Below are positions 29,214-32,000 of a DNA stretch of 32,000 nucleotides, one piece after another. The DNA comes from Chelonobacter oris. Lineage in GTDB: Bacteria; Pseudomonadota; Gammaproteobacteria; Enterobacterales; Pasteurellaceae. Every line of letters begins with the position of its first letter. Positions within the stretch are counted from its first letter, which is position 1. The notes below the pieces were generated by a model. It saw nothing but the letters and a program-made list of their open reading frames with translations. It was not told where the DNA came from and ran no database searches. The stretch spans positions 1 through 32,000 of the forward strand of contig NZ_JSUM01000019.1 of assembly GCF_000772535.1 (NCBI RefSeq), written 5' to 3'. A program made the position numbers and the translations under genes.

Positions 29214-29431
29214 TGCTACATCCTAAATAAATAGTTAAAAAAATCTTACCTTACAACACGACGACCAAAAAAGTTTGATTTTCATGACATGGTAAATCTT
29301 GCTCAAAGAGCGGTTGAATAGTACCAATATAAATAAAAAAGTACACTTTTTATTTGCGATATTACAGGAAAATAGACTTTTTATTCCCATAATGTGAAAA
29401 AGGTCACAATTTAATAACGGTTTTTTTTAAC

Positions 29432-30796
29432 TTAAAGCGCCAACCTGTCCAATAATTTTTGGTGAATGCCGTCAAAACTGCCGTTACTCATAATCAAGAT
29501 GTGATCGCCGGGCTGTGCCTGCGCAATAATCAATTCAATCAACAAATCAATATTTCCGCTCCATTTTGTCGGCACGGTCGATTTCTCTGCAATTTCCGCC
29601 ACTTCCCACGGAATGTTGTCCGGCTGCAACAAAAACACATAATCGGACTTAACCAGCGAAGCCGCCAATTCATTTTTATGTAAGCCCATTTTCATGGTAT
29701 TGGAACGCGGCTCCAGCACCGCCAAAATCCGTTTCGCTCCACCGACCCGATCACGCAATGCGCCGATTGTCGCCGCAATTTCAGCCGGATGATGGGCGAA
29801 ATCGTCATAAACCGTTATTTCATTGATGCTGCCTTTGACTTCCAAACGACGGTTAGTATTGATAAAACGCGTTAACGAAGCACAGGCTTTCGCCACCGGA
29901 ACACCGGCACGATAAGCGGCGGCAATCGCCATCAAGGCATTGTGCATATTGTGTTCGCCAAATACGTCCCAACGGACTTCCGCGATCTTTTGCCCGTGAT
30001 GGTAAACGGCAAAATGGCTGCTGTCCTGAACAATTTTCTCGGCGAACCACGCTTCCCCGGCGCCTAAATGCTGCTGTTCGCTCCAACAGCCCATTTCCAG
30101 CGTCTGTTTTACCGTGCTGTCATCTTTCACCGATAAGATCAACCCCGATTGCGGAATAATCCGAATCATGTGGTGAAACTGGCGCCGAATAGCCGCCAAA
30201 TCATCAAAAATATCCGCATGATCAAATCCGATATTATTGATAATCAAGGTATTCGGATTGTAATGGACAAATTTAGAGCGTTTGTCAAAAAACGCCGTAT
30301 CGTATTCGTCCGCTTCGATCACAAAATACGGGCTATCGCCCAACTGTGCCGAGGCGGCGAAATTACCGGTAACACCGCCGATTAAGAAGCCGGGATTCAA
30401 GCCGTTATCCGCTAAAATCCATGCCAAAATACTGGACGTTGTGGTTTTACCGTGCGTCCCCGAAACCGCCAGCACCTTACGCTTACGCAATAAATTGTCA
30501 TGCAGCCATTGCGGACCGGAGGTGTAAGGAATGCCGTTGTCCAGCACATATTCCACACTCGGATTGCCGCGCTTCATCGCATTGCCGACAATCACCATAT
30601 CCGGCTGCGGCGTTAATTGTGCGGGATCATAATTCGCCGTGATCTCAATACCGCTCTTTTGTAAAAAGGTGCTCATCGGCGGATAAACATTAACGTCCGA
30701 TCCGGTGACCTTATATCCCATTTGCCGCGCGATAATCGCAACGCCGCCCATAAATGTACCGCAAATGCCCAAGATGTGAATGTGTTGCTGTTTCAT
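29432..30796 (-). CDS. mpl: UDP-N-acetylmuramate:L-alanyl-gamma-D-glutamyl-meso-diaminopimelate ligase
   Basis: Close match to E. coli Mpl (IHILGICGTFMGG, GNAMKRGNP, SGTHGKTTT, EADEYDTAFFDKRSKFVHY, GEHNMHNALMAIAAA, VYDDFAHHP, EPRSNTMKMG). Confidence 0.95.
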   Translation of the reverse strand: MKQQHIHILGICGTFMGGVAIIARQMGYKVTGSDVNVYPPMSTFLQKSGIEITANYDPAQLTPQPDMVIVGNAMKRGNPSVEYVLDNGIPYTSGPQWLHDNLLRKRKVLAVSGTHGKTTTSSILAWILADNGLNPGFLIGGVTGNFAASAQLGDSPYFVIEADEYDTAFFDKRSKFVHYNPNTLIINNIGFDHADIFDDLAAIRRQFHHMIRIIPQSGLILSVKDDSTVKQTLEMGCWSEQQHLGAGEAWFAEKIVQDSSHFAVYHHGQKIAEVRWDVFGEHNMHNALMAIAAAYRAGVPVAKACASLTRFINTNRRLEVKGSINEITVYDDFAHHPAEIAATIGALRDRVGGAKRILAVLEPRSNTMKMGLHKNELAASLVKSDYVFLLQPDNIPWEVAEIAEKSTVPTKWSGNIDLLIELIIAQAQPGDHILIMSNGSFDGIHQKLLDRLAL

Positions 30797-30950
30797 AATC
30801 TTAACCGCTCTTTTATCCCTGTAAAAAATGTGCCTTGGATCACAACTTGCAATCTGTCGACCCCGTTTGATTCGAATGGCTGTTATAATAAAATCCGTCG
30901 ATTATACAATAAAAAACAGCACCGTTCTGTTTTAATTATCAGGAGAACAA

Positions 30951-31958
30951 ATGAAAACGTTAGGCGAATTTATCGTAGAAAAACAAGCCGATTACCCGAA
31001 TGCCAAAGGCGAATTGAGCGGCATCCTCTCCTCTATCCGTTTAGTTGCCAAAATCATACATCGTGATATCAACAAAGCGGGGCTGACCAACGACATTATC
31101 GGCAATTCCGGCGTGGAAAATGTACAGGGCGAAGCACAAATGAAACTGGATGCGTTTGCCCATGAAAAAATGAAAGCCGCCTTGATTGCCCGCGATGAAG
31201 TCGCCGGTTTCGGTTCGGAAGAGGAAGAAAATTTTGTCTCTTTTGATACCGAACGCGGGCGCAACGCCAAATATGTGATTTTGACCGATCCGCTGGACGG
31301 CTCTTCCAATATCGATGTCAATGTGGCGGTCGGTACGATTTTTTCGATTTACCGCCGTATTTCCCCTATCGGCACCGCCGTAACGCTGGACGATTTTTTA
31401 CAGCCCGGTCATAAACAAGTCGCCGCCGGTTATATCGTTTACGGCTCCTCCACCATGTTGGTTTATACCACCGGCAACGGTGTTAACGGTTTCACTTACG
31501 ATCCGTCCTTGGGCGTATTTATTCTGTCTCATGAAAATATCCGCATTCCGGCAAACGGCAGCTGTTATTCGATCAACGAAGGCAATTACCTGAAATTCCC
31601 GATGGGGGTGAAGAAATACTTAAAATATTGCCAAGAAGAGGACGATAACAGCAACCGCCCTTACACTTCACGCTATATCGGATCGCTGGTGTCCGATTTT
31701 CACCGCAATCTGCTGAAAGGCGGCATCTATATTTATCCGACCTCAACCCACTACCCGTCAGGAAAATTGCGTTTGTTGTATGAAGGCAATCCGATGGCAT
31801 TTTTGGCGGAACAGGCGGGCGGTTTGGCAAGTGACGGCTACCGACGCATTTTGGATATCGAGCCGACCGAATTACACCAACGTACCCCGCTATTTGTCGG
31901 CTCGAAAAACATGGTGGAAAAAGCAACCGATTTTATGGCGGAATACCAAGATTCATAA
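30951..31958 (+). CDS. fbp: Fructose-1,6-bisphosphatase class 1
   Basis: The product reads [12 protein letters not shown]..., with [45 protein letters not shown] and LRLLYE.NPMAFL.EQAGG. A GGAGA Shine-Dalgarno precedes the ATG. The gene is divergent from mpl, as in E. coli. Confidence 0.95.
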   Translation: MKTLGEFIVEKQADYPNAKGELSGILSSIRLVAKIIHRDINKAGLTNDIIGNSGVENVQGEAQMKLDAFAHEKMKAALIARDEVAGFGSEEEENFVSFDTERGRNAKYVILTDPLDGSSNIDVNVAVGTIFSIYRRISPIGTAVTLDDFLQPGHKQVAAGYIVYGSSTMLVYTTGNGVNGFTYDPSLGVFILSHENIRIPANGSCYSINEGNYLKFPMGVKKYLKYCQEEDDNSNRPYTSRYIGSLVSDFHRNLLKGGIYIYPTSTHYPSGKLRLLYEGNPMAFLAEQAGGLASDGYRRILDIEPTELHQRTPLFVGSKNMVEKATDFMAEYQDS

Positions 31959-32000
31959 AGTGCGGTTTTACTCGTTGTCATTGACTTCATAATATAGATT

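Noticed and set aside
29214-29431. A long cold-shock-type 5' UTR or cold box upstream of the csp gene.
   Set aside because: The 218-bp gap is compatible with a long leader. However, I could not identify a convincing promoter, so the leader length is unknown, and I found no cold-box-like motif.

Overview
The window looks like chromosomal DNA from a Pasteurellaceae-type gammaproteobacterium. A manual scan found 36 exact copies of the Hin-type uptake signal sequence (USS) core AAGTGCGGT/ACCGCACTT, about 1.1 per kb. Nearly all of the window is recognisable, and most genes read on the minus strand.

Gene order, left to right:
- a DoxX-family membrane protein
- a tRNA operon, Arg(CCG)-His(GUG)-Pro(UGG)
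- a complete 10-gene enterobacterial common antigen (ECA) cluster, transcribed on the minus strand as wecA-wzzE-wecB-wecC-wecD-wecE-wzxE-wecF-wzyE-wecG (so it lies right to left in the window)
- hemL, divergent from the ECA cluster
- an AT-rich beta-glucoside module of about 4.2 kb: PTS EIIBC, an RpiR/MurR regulator and a GH1 6-phospho-beta-glucosidase
- tRNA-Leu(GAG) and secG
- topB
- an LtaS/sulfatase-family membrane enzyme
- mtgA, trpR, slt
- znuA, which has a very long His/Asp loop encoded by a hexanucleotide repeat
- tcdA, mltA
- initiator tRNA-fMet
- a CspA-family cold-shock gene
- mpl, and divergent fbp

Several gene pairs match E. coli K-12 micro-synteny: wecG next to argX-hisR-proM, secG-leuU, slt-trpR, tcdA-mltA-tRNA-fMet, and mpl/fbp.

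I see no CRISPR array, integrase, transposase, toxin-antitoxin pair or recognisable defence system, and no set of unexplained ORFs that would support a novel multi-gene system.

The points most worth following up:
- the ECA cluster outside Enterobacterales, which lacks rffG/rffH
- the low-GC, USS-poor beta-glucoside island and its candidate operator palindromes
- the in-frame simple-sequence repeat in znuA
- a terminator-like USS hairpin inside wecD
- the LtaS-family enzyme, whose substrate is unknown

All homology calls rest on my recall of protein families and of E. coli sequences, not on a database search.
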